From the human T2T-CHM13v2.0 reference genome, Homo sapiens, in assembly GCF_009914755.1 (NCBI RefSeq), contig NC_060926.1: DNA of 64,000 nt, one strand, 5' to 3'. The position numbers and the translations under genes were made by a program. The notes beneath the pieces are model-generated. The model was not told where the DNA came from. It was given only the letters and a program-made list of their open reading frames with translations, and searched no databases. Every line of letters begins with the position of its first letter. Positions within the stretch are counted from its first letter, which is position 1. This document shows, in pieces, positions 27,800 through 40,490 of the stretch.

Positions 27800-29075
27800 T
27801 CTATTTGATTTTTTGAATGGGTAATACATCAATGTGACTCAAACGAGAAAGCGTACAAAAGGGTATACTGTAAAAAGCCCTCATTCATCCCAGTTCCAAA
27901 TCTCTCGGCGACTCCCGAAACATGTACACACCAGTAGCCATGATTTCACTTTCTTACTATCCTTCTGGACACTGCTTATAAATTTATATGTGCAAGGTAA
28001 CAAAACAGACCTGCTTTTCCTCCTTTTCTACACACTGATAACATACAACGCACTTCTGCTCCCTGCTTTTTTCAAATGTTGCATCTTGGAGAGCTTTCCA
28101 CATCAATAACAAAGATTTTCCTCATTCTCGTCCTTATAGGGATATAACATTTCATTGTGTGTACATATCATCATTTGTATAATTAGTCCCACTGATGACT
28201 AGACGGGTTTCCAGTCCTTCTTTATTACATGCAATGCTGCAGTGAGAAATCGTGTGTGTACTCCCATTGACAAGTGTATCTACTGCGTAAAATTCATGAG
28301 ACAGGATTGTGGAATCAAAGGTATATGTATTTGTAATTTTGATACCTAATGCCAAACTGCTTTTCTTACAGTACCAATTTACACTTTCTTCAGCGGGGAA
28401 GGATTGACAACCCATTGTGTTTTTAACTTTTTAAAATTTTTGCTAATCTGATAGGTGAAAAATCATGTATAGAGTAAACCATATATTCCCCATGGATTTG
28501 AAATGCCCCTTCATTCATAAACAAAATTTATGAATACAAAATTTATGAATACATAAATGTATTTTAGTTTTTTATAGTTAGCCCTTCCACCATTATTCAT
28601 TCCAGAGAGAAATTCTCTGGCTATTTTTACTTACATACTTTTCCATGTAAACGTTAGAAAAAAAATTCCTACATAGGAAAACAAAACAACTGGTATTTTC
28701 ATTGGGACAATGTTAAATGCACAGGTTAATTTAAGGAGGAATGACACCGTTACGAGGTTATACCTTCCAGACTCAAAATGTGGCATGTCTTTTTATATAT
28801 TTCAGTCTTATGTTGTCTTCCTCAGAATTTATAAGTGTTTCTCACATTTGGCTTGCATATTGCTTGTTAAATTTACGCATAGGTAGTTTACCTTTTTAGA
28901 AGCTATTTTAAATGGTATATTTTCTATCATACTTTCATACTGGTTTCGAATATCTATAAAAAGGCTATTGATTCTCCTAATATGTTACATATGTTATAAT
29001 CTTATACATAACATTTAATGATATCTTTTCATCTTTACTGGAATTCTTCCAGTGTTTCTCCACTAGGCACAATGA
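27800..29075 (-). mobile_element. Old L1 (L1ME/MC-like) fragments
   Basis: Decayed reverse L1 (GGATTGTGGAATCAAAGGTATATG, TTTTGCTAATCTGATAGGTGAAAAAT, AAGGCTATTGATT). Confidence 0.6.
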
Positions 29076-29079
29076 TGGG

Positions 29080-30666
29080 CTGTGTGGTATAGATGTGGGG
29101 GGTGTGTGTGTGTGTCTGTGTGTGTGTGTGTGTGTGTGCGTGTGGTGGGGTGTGTGTGTGTGTGTGTCTATGTGTGTGTGTGTGTGTCTGTGTGGTGGGG
29201 TGTGTGTAGTGTGTGTGTATGTGGTGGAGTGTGTGTGTGGTGGTGTGAGTATGTGGGGTGTGTGTGTGGTGTGTATGGTATGTGTGGGTATGGGAGGAGT
29301 GGGTTGTGTGTGTGTGGTGGTGTGTGTGTGTAGGTGGGGTGTGTGTGGTGTGTGGTGTGTGTATGTGGTGTGTGTGTGCGTGTGGTGGGGTGTGTGTGTA
29401 TGTGGTGGAGTGTGTGTGTCTGTGGTGTGTGGTGTGTATTTGTGGGGTGTGTGTGGTGGTGTGTGTGGTGTGTGTGGGCATGGGAGGAGTGGGTTGTGTG
29501 TGTGGTGTGTGTGTGTGGTGGTGTGTGGTGTGTGTATGTGGGGTGTGTGTGGTATGTGGTGGTGTGAGTGTGGTGTGTGTGGTTGTAGGAGGAGTGGGTT
29601 GTGGGTGTGTGTGGTGGTGTGTGTGTGGTGGTGTGTGGGTGGGGGGGTGGGTTGCGTGTGTGGTGGTATGTGTATGTGGGGTGTGTGTGTGTGGGTGTGG
29701 GTGTGGTGTGTATGGGTGTGGGAGGGTGGGTTATGGGAGTGTGTATGTGGTGGTGTGTGTAGTATGTGTGTGATGTGTGTATATGGCATGTGTGTGCATA
29801 TGTGGTGTGTGTATGTGGGAGTGTGTGTGTGGTGTGTGGTGTGTGTATGTGGTGTGTGCGTGTGTGGTGGGGTGTGTGTGGTGTGTGTGTATGTGGCAGA
29901 GTGTGTGTGTGTATGTGGGGTGTGTGTGGTTTGTGTTTGGTGGTGTGTGTGGTGTGTGTGCGTATGGGAGGAGTGGGTTGTGTGTGTGTTGTGTGTGTGG
30001 TGGTGTGTGGTGTATGTGGGGTGTGTGTGTGGTATGTGGTGGTATGAGTGTGGTGTGTGCGGTTGTAGGAAGAGTGGGTTGTGGGTGTGTGTGGTGGTGT
30101 GTATGTGGGGTGTGTGTGTGTTGTGTGTGGTGGTGTGTGTGGTTGTAGGAGGAGTGGGTTGTGGGTGTGTGTGGTGGTGTGTGTGTGGTGTTTGTGTGTG
30201 GTGGTGTTTGTGGTGGTGCATGGTGTGTATGCGGGATGTGTGTGTGGTGGTGTGTGGGTGTGGGGGGGTGGGTTGTAAGTGTGTGTGGTGGTATGTGTGT
30301 GGTGTGGGTGTGTGTGGTGTGTGTGGTGGTGTGTCTGTGGTGGTGCATGGTGTGTATGTGGGATGAATGTGTGGTGGTGTGTGGGTGTAGGGGGGTGGGT
30401 TGTAAGTGTGTGTGGTGGTATGTGTATGTGGAGGGGGTGTGTGTGTGTGTGGTGTCTATGGGTGTGGGAAGGTGGGTTATGGGGTTATGGGAGTGTGTAT
30501 GTGGTGGTGTGTGTGGTATGTGTGTGATGTGTGTATATGGCATGTGTGTGCATGTGTGGTGTGTGTATGTGGGGTGTGTGTGTTGTGTGGTGATGCGTGC
30601 ATGGTGTGTGTGTGGGAGTGTGGGTTTGGTGGTGTGTGTATGGGGTGTGTATGGTGTGTGTGTGTG
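29080..30666. repeat. ~1.6-kb complex GT/GTG-rich tandem repeat
   Basis: Nearly all G/T on the plus strand, with recurring higher-order motifs such as GGAGGAGTGGGTTGTG. Confidence 0.95.
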
Positions 30667-30669
30667 TTA

Positions 30670-31115
30670 AGCTCCTATTTCTATTTTACTAAAGGATCTT
30701 TTTCATTTAAAAAATGTATGTTGAATATTATCAAAAATATTTTCTGTGTATATTGAGACAAATGACCTTCTTAGTTTCAGCTACTGGTTTGCTAAATTAT
30801 GTTAAACTTCTTGATTTTAAATTATGCTTATGTTTCTAAAATAAACCCCACTTGATCATGGTGAATTATTCTTTTATGTGTTACTGGAGCCTCTTTGCCA
30901 ATATTTTATATAGGAATTTTGCATTGATAGCCATGTAATATTGTTTATGGGCACTCTCTTTCTGCTCTGTCAGGTTTTGAGGTGAGTATTATCCTGGCCT
31001 CATAAAAAATCATTTAGGAGCTTTCCCTTATTCTGCCATAACACAACCTGGGTAACACTGGAGTTATCTGCTCTGTGAGGGTTTGGGAGAACTTTATGAA
31101 ACTGGGGCCAGGGGC
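30670..31115 (-). mobile_element. Old L1 fragment, continuing after the GT repeat
   Basis: ATAAACCCCACTTGATCATGGTG, TTTGCCAATATTTTATATAGGAATTTTGCAT, TATCCTGGCCTCATAAAA. Confidence 0.65.
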
Positions 31116-32463
31116 TTTCCAAGGTTTCATTTTCACAAACTTGTATTTTGTTTATAGAATTGGGCCTGTTTTTATTTTAGTTTAGTTTTGTTTTTTAAGC
31201 CTCAGGGACAGAAGGTTGGGTTTGTCATACATGCCCCTTAATTCATGACACAGTATTACTATTCATTTCACAAGTCTCCATGTTTTTACTTTTAAAAACA
31301 CATATTTTTCTTACCCTCTTTTCCCTTCCATTCTCTTTCCGTCTTATATAGGCAACCATTCTAATATGTGTAATGTGTATTTAAAAAAAAATTCTCTGCA
31401 ACCCGCAAAGTGCATTCATTCTTTTATTTACACAAATGACACTGTTATAAATATCATTCTATTTGTTACCTTTTCCCTCAAGCACTATGGTTTAAGATTC
31501 ATCCAAGTCACTTTGTGAATATCTAATCCATAGCTTCTAATTGGTGCAGTCAACTCGAAGGAGTGGATCCACTTGATTTGACATCACTATTCTTCCTGTG
31601 ATGGGCGACCTTCTTACCACAAGTGGCTATGCAATTAATACCACTGCACATGGCTCCTTAGGAATCCATGTGAGACTTCATCCGGTGGAACTGCTAGATC
31701 ATAGCCTATGTGTCTATTTAATCTGACCCCTGTCCACCACTCCTAAGGAACATATGTGAGAATTCATTTGGTGGAATTGCTAGATTATAGCCTATGTGTC
31801 TATTTAATCTGACCAAGTAGGGCCAGATTGTACTCCGGAAGAGCTGACCAATCTACACTCCCACCAGCAGCATGTAAGGATCTTTATTCCCCAACGTTCA
31901 CTGATTACTTAGTTTTCTAATTATTGTCAGTCCAGTAGGGGCACACTGATATACCACTGTTATTTCAATTTTGAATTTTCTTCAGCTACTGGTTAGTTTT
32001 GGGGGCATCCTCATAGGTATTATATCTTTTCATATCCTTTGCCCACTTTTCTAATGAACTTGCTGTATTTTTCTTTTTTATTTTCAAGGGTTTCTTGATT
32101 AATCCAGGTATTAATCCTTAGCCTTAGACGTTGCAAAGATATCTCATTCTGTCATTATTCTATCACTTTAGTCATAATGATCTTTGCTGAACAGGAATCC
32201 TTAATTTTGACTTAATCAAATTTCTCAGATTTTTTAAATTCATGATCTTGTTTTTGAAGTTTTATTTTAAAAATCTTTCCCTGCTCTAGGTAACAAAGGT
32301 ATTTTTCTATATTTTTTCTATTAACTTAAGAGTTTTTTCTTAGATTTAAGTTTCTAATTAAATCTATTTAGAATCCACCTTTATTTGAGATATCAGGGAA
32401 GGATCCATTTGTATTTTTCTCCAAGTTTTTTTGCTACCACCTTAGTTGGATATGTAGTTATAA

Positions 32464-32883
32464 TGTTAGGTTAACTTTACATGTCAACTTGGCTGGGCCA
32501 TTGAGTCCAAATATATGATCAAACATTATTCTGGATACTTCTGTGGTGGTGTTTTGGATGAGATTAACTTTGAAATTGGTGGCCTTGATTAGAACAGGTT
32601 GCCCTCCATAATGTAGTTAGGCCTTATCCAATCAGTTGATGGTCTGCATAGAACAGAAGGATCACCTCCCATAAGCAAGAGAGAATTCTGCAACAGATGA
32701 ACTTTGGACTTGAACTGCAATATTGGTGGTTCTTCTGTGAGTCCTCAGCCTGTAGTCCCATCCTGCAGATTTTAGATTTACCAACCTCCGAAATCTCATG
32801 AGCCAATTCCTTCAAATAAATCTCTTTCTATATAAACACACATCCTGTTGGTTCTGTTTCTCTAGAGAACTCTGACTAATACA
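32464..32883 (+). mobile_element. MLT2 (ERVL) solo LTR
   Basis: GGTTAACTTTACATGTCAACTTGGCTGGGCCA...CAAACATTATTCTGGAT...CCTGTTGGTTCTGTTTCTCTAGAGAACTCTGACTAATACA. Confidence 0.85.
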
Positions 32884-33089
32884 GGAACTTCATCTTTAAA
32901 TACAATTTATTAAGGACCATACATTCAAGGCTTTGGCCTTGAGCTCTTTATTCGTGTCATTGTTCTATTGGTATGATTGGTATTAATATTTCCTTTTTAT
33001 TACTGTCTATGTAGTATGTCATAATACTTTATAGGACAAGTCTTACTTCTAGTCCCCTTTTTTAAACTGACTTAATAATTTATAAGTTA

Positions 33090-33470
<381 letters not shown>

Positions 33471-33956
33471 ATAAAAATGTACTTTTGATTAGGTTCGCAC
33501 TGAAATTATAGGGAAATTTGTCACAACCAAGAGCATAGGTATTTCTCCATTTTTCTTAATATCTTTCATGTCTTTTATTAATATTTTCTCCATACAGATC
33601 TTGTGACTCTTGGTTAAGCTAGCTCCTAGAAACTTTATACTTTTGTTCTCATTGTGAATGGGGTGTTTTTTTTAATTACATTTTCTAGTTGGATATTGTG
33701 AAATGCTATTGATTCTTAGAGAATGATTTTGTATCCAGCAGTCTTATTAAACTCTTATTCGTTCTAAAAATTTTTCCAATTTTTAATTTTTTTCAGATTT
33801 ATGATCATACCATCAACAAATAATAACAATTTAACTCTTTTTTTCCACTGTATACACCTTTGGTTTTGTTTTGTGTTTTGTTCCTTAAGGCATTGGTGAG
33901 AACTTCAATTTAAAGAAACTCTTTCTAATCCTGTAGGACTACTACTCTTTTCAGAG

Positions 33957-34318
33957 TGTTTTAGTCCATTTTCACACTGCTATAAAGAATACCTGAGACT
34001 GGGTAATTTATAAACAAAAGAGGTTTAATTGACTCACAGTTCCACATGGCAAGGAAGACACAAGAAACTTACAATCATGGCAGAAGGTGAAAGGGAAGCA
34101 GGCTCCTTCTTCATAAGGCGGCAGGAGAGAGAGTGCACAGGGGAATCTGCCACTTTTAAACCACCAAGATTTTGTGGGAGCTTCCTCACTATTATGAGAA
34201 CAGCATGGAGGAAACTGTCCCCATGATCTAATCACCTCCCACCAGGTCTCTCCCGCAACATGTGGGGATTACAATTCTCGATGAGATTTTGGTCGGGACA
34301 CAGAGCCAAACCATATCA
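33957..34318 (-). mobile_element. MSTA-like solo LTR
   Basis: CTGCTATAAAGAATACCTGAGACTGGGTAATTTATAAA...GGGACACAGAGCCAAACCATATCA; flanks CAGAG/CATAG. Confidence 0.88.
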
Positions 34319-34488
34319 CATAGTAAATGGGTATTAACACATACGAAAAGTTTTATTTGCATCTCTTGAGATAAACACCTGATTTTTCTTCTTTAGTCTA
34401 TTAAAGTAACAAATTACATTTATAAACTTTACAGTGGCAAACCCTCCTTGTTTTCCTAAGATAAAAATCTTAGGAAAGGCGATACTTT

Positions 34489-34571
34489 CCACACCCAGCT
34501 AATTTTTGTATTATTAGTAGAGACGAGGTTTCACCATGTTGGCCAGGCTGGTCTTGAACTCCTGACCTCAA
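34489..34571 (-). mobile_element. Internal Alu fragment (linker and part of left arm)
   Basis: CCACACCCAGCTAATTTTTGTATTATTAGTAGAGACGAGGTTTCACCATGTTGGCCAGGCTGGTCTTGAACTCCTGACCTCAA. Confidence 0.88.
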
Positions 34572-34581
34572 GGAATCTTAG

Positions 34582-34677
34582 GAGATTGCACCACTGCACT
34601 CCAGCCTGGGCAACAGAGAGAAACTCTGTGTCCTCCTCCCCCTGCCCCCGCCAAAAAAAAAAAAAAGAAAAAGAAAG
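34582..34677 (+). mobile_element. Alu 3'-end fragment with tail
   Basis: GAGATTGCACCACTGCACTCCAGCCTGGGCAACAGAGAGAAACTCTGT followed by C-rich and A-rich tail. Confidence 0.85.
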
Positions 34678-35299
34678 GGGGGTATAAGTCCAACTGATTT
34701 GCATAGGTAGGGACTCTGAATCACTAAAACTTGGATTTAAGTGGTAATGTGGTCCATGGCAGCCCCCAGGCTAGACAGGCTTAGGAACATTTAGACTATA
34801 TCTGAAATTAAAATGTGACTCAATGGGAAAATGCATTTCTGTACATTAATAGTAAGGTTGCTTGAACAGAAACATGAGATTGTGGATGTGCATAAGAAGC
34901 TCTTACTCTAACACATACAGATGTGCACTTTTGTCTTTAAATAAGAATCCAAGTTAGGACTGTACACAATAAGAAAATACTTCCTACTACAACTACTACT
35001 TTTGAATAGAATTTAAACTCACTTTGTCTTTCTCTCTACTATACCATCCTCTACTATAATGCACAGACACATACAACATGAGAGCCTTCTGGCGTTTTCT
35101 ATCAACATGCATTGGGATTTCACATTCCCCCTCCAACAGTCCAGATCCCCTCACCATAGTTCAGAAAAATAAAACCACCTTGTCACGAACCCTTGTCCAG
35201 AGACCACTTCTTCCTCCTTTGAATTCCCATGATGTTTTATCTGCACCTCTCATGAGGCTTATCTCTTTCTGTCTTATATTATAGTTGTTTACGTGTGGT

Positions 35300-35490
35300 A
35301 CATGTCATGGTCAAGAGGGAAGAAAGTCTGCTGGCTTTAGAGTCAGACCTGTCTCAGGACAGATCCCAGCTCCATCCCTCACTAAGTGGGTGGCCTTAGG
35401 AAAATACCAACTCTTGGGAGCCTCCATTTTTTGTTTTGGCAAAATATAAAATAATCCTCTCTCTCATAATTGTTTTGAGGACAGTGCTTA
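35300..35490 (+). mobile_element. MIR SINE
   Basis: GGCTTTAGAGTCAGACCTG...ATCCCAGCTCCATCCCTCACTAAGTGGGTGGCCTTAGG. Confidence 0.6.
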
Positions 35491-35589
35491 GTAAACAACA
35501 AAAAGAAAAAACTCAATCATTTTTATTGCTATCATTACTAGTGATGTTATTTTTGTTATTTCTTATGCCCCTTGCTAATGTATTTGTTT

Positions 35590-36075
35590 ATCCATTCATT
35601 CAACAGGTATTTATTGAGGACGAACTATGTGTCAGGCACTGGTTGATGACATGGAAAAAAAAAGACAGAGTTTTAGGGGTAAAGGCAGCAAATAAACAGG
35701 CAAACAAATAAATGCAGAGATAATTTCAGATAAAGATGTCCTGTGAAGAAACGAAAACAAGATATGCAACAGAGAGTAAGAGAGGCCAGGGGAGATAAGG
35801 GAAGGCCCCTGGGAAGGGAGCTTCTGGGCTGAGACAAGGATAAAAGGGAAGCAACCACCTATGAGAAATTCTAAAGCCAGCGCATCCCAGAGGTGGGGGC
35901 AGGACGGCCAATGGGAAGCCTCTGAGCGGGGAATGAACTGACAGCAGAGTAAGCAAAGGAAAACATGGTGTGTGGCACGCAGAGATATAGGCAGGGCCAG
36001 ACCCTGCAGGGCCCAGTTGGCCCTGATAAAGAGCATGGATTTCATCCTCAGTGTGATTGGAAATCTTGAAGTATG
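35590..36075 (-). mobile_element. L2 fragment
   Basis: CATTCATTCAACAGGTATTTATTGAGGACGAACTATGTGTCAGGCACTG...GGATTTCATCCTCAGTGTGATTGGAAA. Confidence 0.72.
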
Positions 36076-36272
36076 GTTCACTGGGTTGTACTCAGAATCA
36101 TATCTGCCTCCTGGAGAGATGCTACCCAGCAGCCAGCCCACAGATTTTTGCAAGAGGTAGAGGTGGAGAGAGGGAAAGAAGACTGAAAAGAAGAGAGAGA
36201 AGGCAGGAGAGCTGGAGGGAGCAAGGAAGGAGGGAGGGAGGGAATATCACAGCAGACAGACATCCAAGCAGA

Positions 36273-36344
36273 TGAATCTGATGTCAGGGATTCAATGAAT
36301 CCCCCTGTCAGGGACTCAGTGAATCCCCACTGCCAGGGACTCAA
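36273..36344. repeat. Three-copy ~24-bp tandem repeat
   Basis: Units TGAATCTGATGTCAGGGATTCAA / TGAATCCCCCTGTCAGGGACTCAG / TGAATCCCCACTGCCAGGGACTCAA. Confidence 0.85.
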
Positions 36345-37069
36345 GTCCAGACTGAGGCTGGCCTTGGTGGGTGGGGACATTTTCCATCCTCCTGTGAACA
36401 TTTGGTGTCACACTGGTCTCATTCCTCGGGTGGTCCCAGATGGCAGTGGGGGGCTGGGGAACTGGGAGGTCTTGCAGAGGAACAACTCCTCACTGCCTCT
36501 GGCACTCATCGCTGGCAGTTCTGTCTCTCAGGTTGCAGATAACAACTGTCAGATGGTCTCACTGTGAAGCAATAAGCTTCCCTAAAACAAGGAGGCAGGC
36601 CAAGCGCCAGAAAGCTGCAGTCTGGACAAAACACACAGCCTGGAAAGAATTAAAAGTTCATGTGCAATGAACAAAGCACCTCAGGGAAATATAAGGGGTT
36701 AAATATAAGCGCACAATGTTCCCAACGCCCTTGAACACACAAGTAGGAAAATCATCACGCATCCTTGGTAAAGGGAGAGAGAAGCACGGAGAGAAACAAG
36801 TTGATGTTCCCATATGAGAACTAAAAATACTGCTGTGAAAGGTTGGCCCTGCCTAAGAATGGAGGGAGAGAGAAATGAAAGACAGTAGGGGAAGGTAAGA
36901 AACAAGACAGGAGGAAGAGGCAGAGTGCAGCCCTGCTCAAGGCTCCAGGCTCCTTTCTCACGCTCAGGGCGCTCCCTTCATCTGGATAACAGAGCCTGGA
37001 TTGGCAGGGTTTCTCAGGACACCCTCCCTGCCGATCTCCCTTTTTCAAAGACACCGTGGTGAGGGGAAC

Positions 37070-37227
37070 CCAGCCACCGCGGTCACACGATTAACCCAAG
37101 TCAATAGAAACCGGCGTAAAGAGTGTTTTAGATTAATTCCCCTCAATAAAGCTAAAATTCACCTGAGTTGTAAAAAACTCCAGCTGATACAAAATAAACT
37201 ACGAAAGTGGCTTTAACGCATCTGAAC
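37070..37227 (+). pseudogene. NUMT: 158-bp nuclear copy of mitochondrial 12S rRNA (MT-RNR1 fragment)
   Basis: CCAGCCACCGCGGTCACACGATTAACCCAAGTCAATAGAA...GGCGTAAAGAGTGTTTTAGA...AATAAAGCTAAAA...CTACGAAAGTGGCTTTAAC...TCTGAAC is hominid mt 12S sequence, embedded in nuclear DNA. Confidence 0.95.
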
Positions 37228-37899
37228 CAATGAAAGAGAAACAACAGGCTCTTCTTAAATATTTTTCTTCTTACATTTTGATCTGAAATATAAAAAGAAC
37301 TGAACTCAAACCTGGCCAACCCCAGTGGCAAAATGGTGTATGAGGTATTTTCCAATGGACCAGCATCTCCGAAAGAACACTCCTGGTTCAGAACAAAACA
37401 GTAGCACTTAAATGAGGAAGAAGTGTGAGAGTGAGAGAATCTGGAATCATATGTGAATGCACCTTAAAGTTAGCAAGCCTGGATTGATGGGAGTTTCTAG
37501 TTACAGCTCCTGTCTGGAGGAAGCAATGCAGTAGTTAGAATTAAAGGTAGAACTAGCTGGCTTGTTTCTTATTCCTAACTTCCCGTTTCCTCATCAGGGT
37601 CAGTTCGGTGCTCAGAAAACTGTATAAGTGCGGTTCTGAGAAGCAGTGCCATGATCACAAAAATCCCATCTTGGCTTCATCCTGAACTTTCCTTGAACAT
37701 CTTTTTTTTTTTTTCTTTTTTATGAAAAAGATAGGATAAGGACTACAAGCAAGGAATTTCTCCTCCTGTCTAGGGCCTTTTAAACTTCACAGTTACAAAA
37801 AGGTAGAGCAAACTGGAATGAAGGAAGAGATTTCGTCCAAAAGTTGTGAAGCTGTTTAGAATTAAAATTATTATGTAATCTCTACAATGTACTGAGGGC

Positions 37900-38090
37900 C
37901 AGCTATGGATGAAGCATTTTCAAAATGCTTTGCCTATGGCAGGGTACCTTTCATAACTTCCCAGACCTCTGCAGAGTATCATCATCCCCACGTTGCAGAT
38001 GGTAAAACTATGGCATAGAGAAGTTAAGCAATTTTCCCATGGCCTCTTCGTGAGTTAGTGGAATTTCCAGGTTGGCCTAGGGCTGCCTCA
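37900..38090 (-). mobile_element. MIR SINE
   Basis: ATCATCCCCACGTTGCAGATGGTAAAACTATGGCATAGAGAAGTTAAGCAATTTTCCCA. Confidence 0.65.
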
Positions 38091-38311
38091 TTTCAATGGC
38101 AAAGCCCATTTTCAGAATATAAACTCATCTCTCCATAATTGATACAAGAAATTAAATGGCAGATTTCAATGGCATGCTCATCATTGGTGAAAACCTCCAA
38201 TGGTTGATTATGGTTTCACTGGGGGCTCAACATTTTTATGGAACAAGCACATGGTGTGCAGGCTTCCTACCTGACATGCTGTAGTGTAGGTTCTCAGAGA
38301 AGATATTTTGA

Positions 38312-38635
<324 letters not shown>

Positions 38636-39017
38636 TGTACTTTTAAAATTTTTGGCTGAGAGTTTCTTTGTGTCACGAAGATCAACTCCATCGCTGGGGT
38701 ACGGAAGAGTAAAAATAGATTTCCCATTAGTAGCAACAAGGAGTTGTTTGTCAGCCAGAAGGAAATTCTTTAGTTCTTTTCCTGTTTCAGTTCTTTTTCT
38801 GCCAACATAATTAAGCAAGGTTCATGTTGGGATAAGTCAGAGCCAGCTTCATGTACTGGTGGAATAGTGGGTCATCTATAGCAGATGCCTTCAGAGATGT
38901 GAGTAAAAGGGTGTTGAACTCAGACAGGACTTGACAGCACCAGTCAAGTAGGGACCCCCGGACTCCAAAAACAAAGGAGAGGAAAAGTATATCTGTGGTG
39001 AATTTATCCAGAATTAA

Positions 39018-39393
<376 letters not shown>

Positions 39394-40344
39394 AAAGTAC
39401 AGTTTTTTTGGTTGTTGTTGTTTGTTTGTTTGTTTTTAATGACATGGAAGGGAAAGGGACCACTTCATCATAATAGTTTGCAAGGCTCACTGTCTATAAC
39501 ATGCTAAATATGTCTCAACTCTCCCCCTAAAATATGTCCCCACACTGATACCTAAAATGCCACCATTAGCAATCAGTCCCCTTTTGCTAAAATGTTCTCT
39601 TTCTTCCCTCAGGGTAGGTTTTCTTTTTGAGACAAATACCTGGGAGCTAATACATTAATTTCATACACCTCTGGGAAAAAATAATGAGCTTGTCAGATAT
39701 GTATTCTCCATTCCAGAAAGACTCTGGGTCCCGTGAAAGCATTTGGTAAGGGGGAGTACCCACTCTCAGCCAAGGTGTAGCAATGAGAGGAGAAAGAATA
39801 GGGACAAATTTCACTGACCTAATATTCTTGTCCTAGGGCAGTCCCTAATTCTATAAAACTTGTTATAGGGAATCACAAAAGTCATGATTCTTTTAAACTC
39901 AAACACAGAGTTTTATTACAACTACAAACTACAAAACCCAACCACAGCCTTTTTTCTCTGATACACATGTCTGAGGAGCTAATACCAACAACCAAAAGAA
40001 ACGGCTAAACTAACACGTCTCCTGCTTGAACCTGTGGCCTCTCTCTGCCTGTCCCTGTAATGTGCTGTTGACCGTGGAGTTGGAAGGGATGCTGGCTCAC
40101 AGCCTGCTGTCCTAAGGAGGATGACTTCTTTCTTCACTTGGTGTCTCAGTTGACCCGCTCAGGAGGCGTAGCTGAAAGTTTAGCATCAAATGTCAAAATC
40201 ATGAAATGTTATGCTTTTACAAACCATTTCTCTGCAATCACAGAATCCTTGGTGAATTCACTGGAAGTCACAATCCCTTTTCCCCGGGAATCAAAAATGG
40301 ACACAGCTACACTCACAAAAAAAAAAATTGCATTCAATTTGAGA

Positions 40345-40490
40345 GCGTTGAGAAAATTCTGAACCCCAGGTTAAGATCAGATGTCCCTCCTATTTTATAA
40401 ACAAAGAGCTGGAGAGCCAGAGAAAAGAAGTGCTTTGCTTGAAGTCACAGTTAGTTAGTGGCAAGACAAAACTAAGATCTGAAGTTTTCA
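40345..40490 (-). mobile_element. MIR fragment
   Basis: CCTATTTTATAAACAAAGAGCTGGAG...GCTTGAAGTCACAGTTAGTTAGTGGCAAGAC. Confidence 0.55.

Noticed and set aside
28977-30756. Long His/Thr/Pro-rich and Val/Cys/Gly-rich ORFs (up to 423 aa) on both strands
   Set aside because: Translations of the GT-rich repeat, which seldom contains stop codons; open in many frames with no gene context.
36273-36344. CRISPR-like repeat array
   Set aside because: Units are directly adjacent with no spacers, there are no cas genes, and the DNA is primate.
37070-37227. Functional rRNA gene, contamination or mitochondrial-peptide locus
   Set aside because: Only 158 bp, diverged and continuous with nuclear flanks; it stops before the 12S region I recall encoding MOTS-c.
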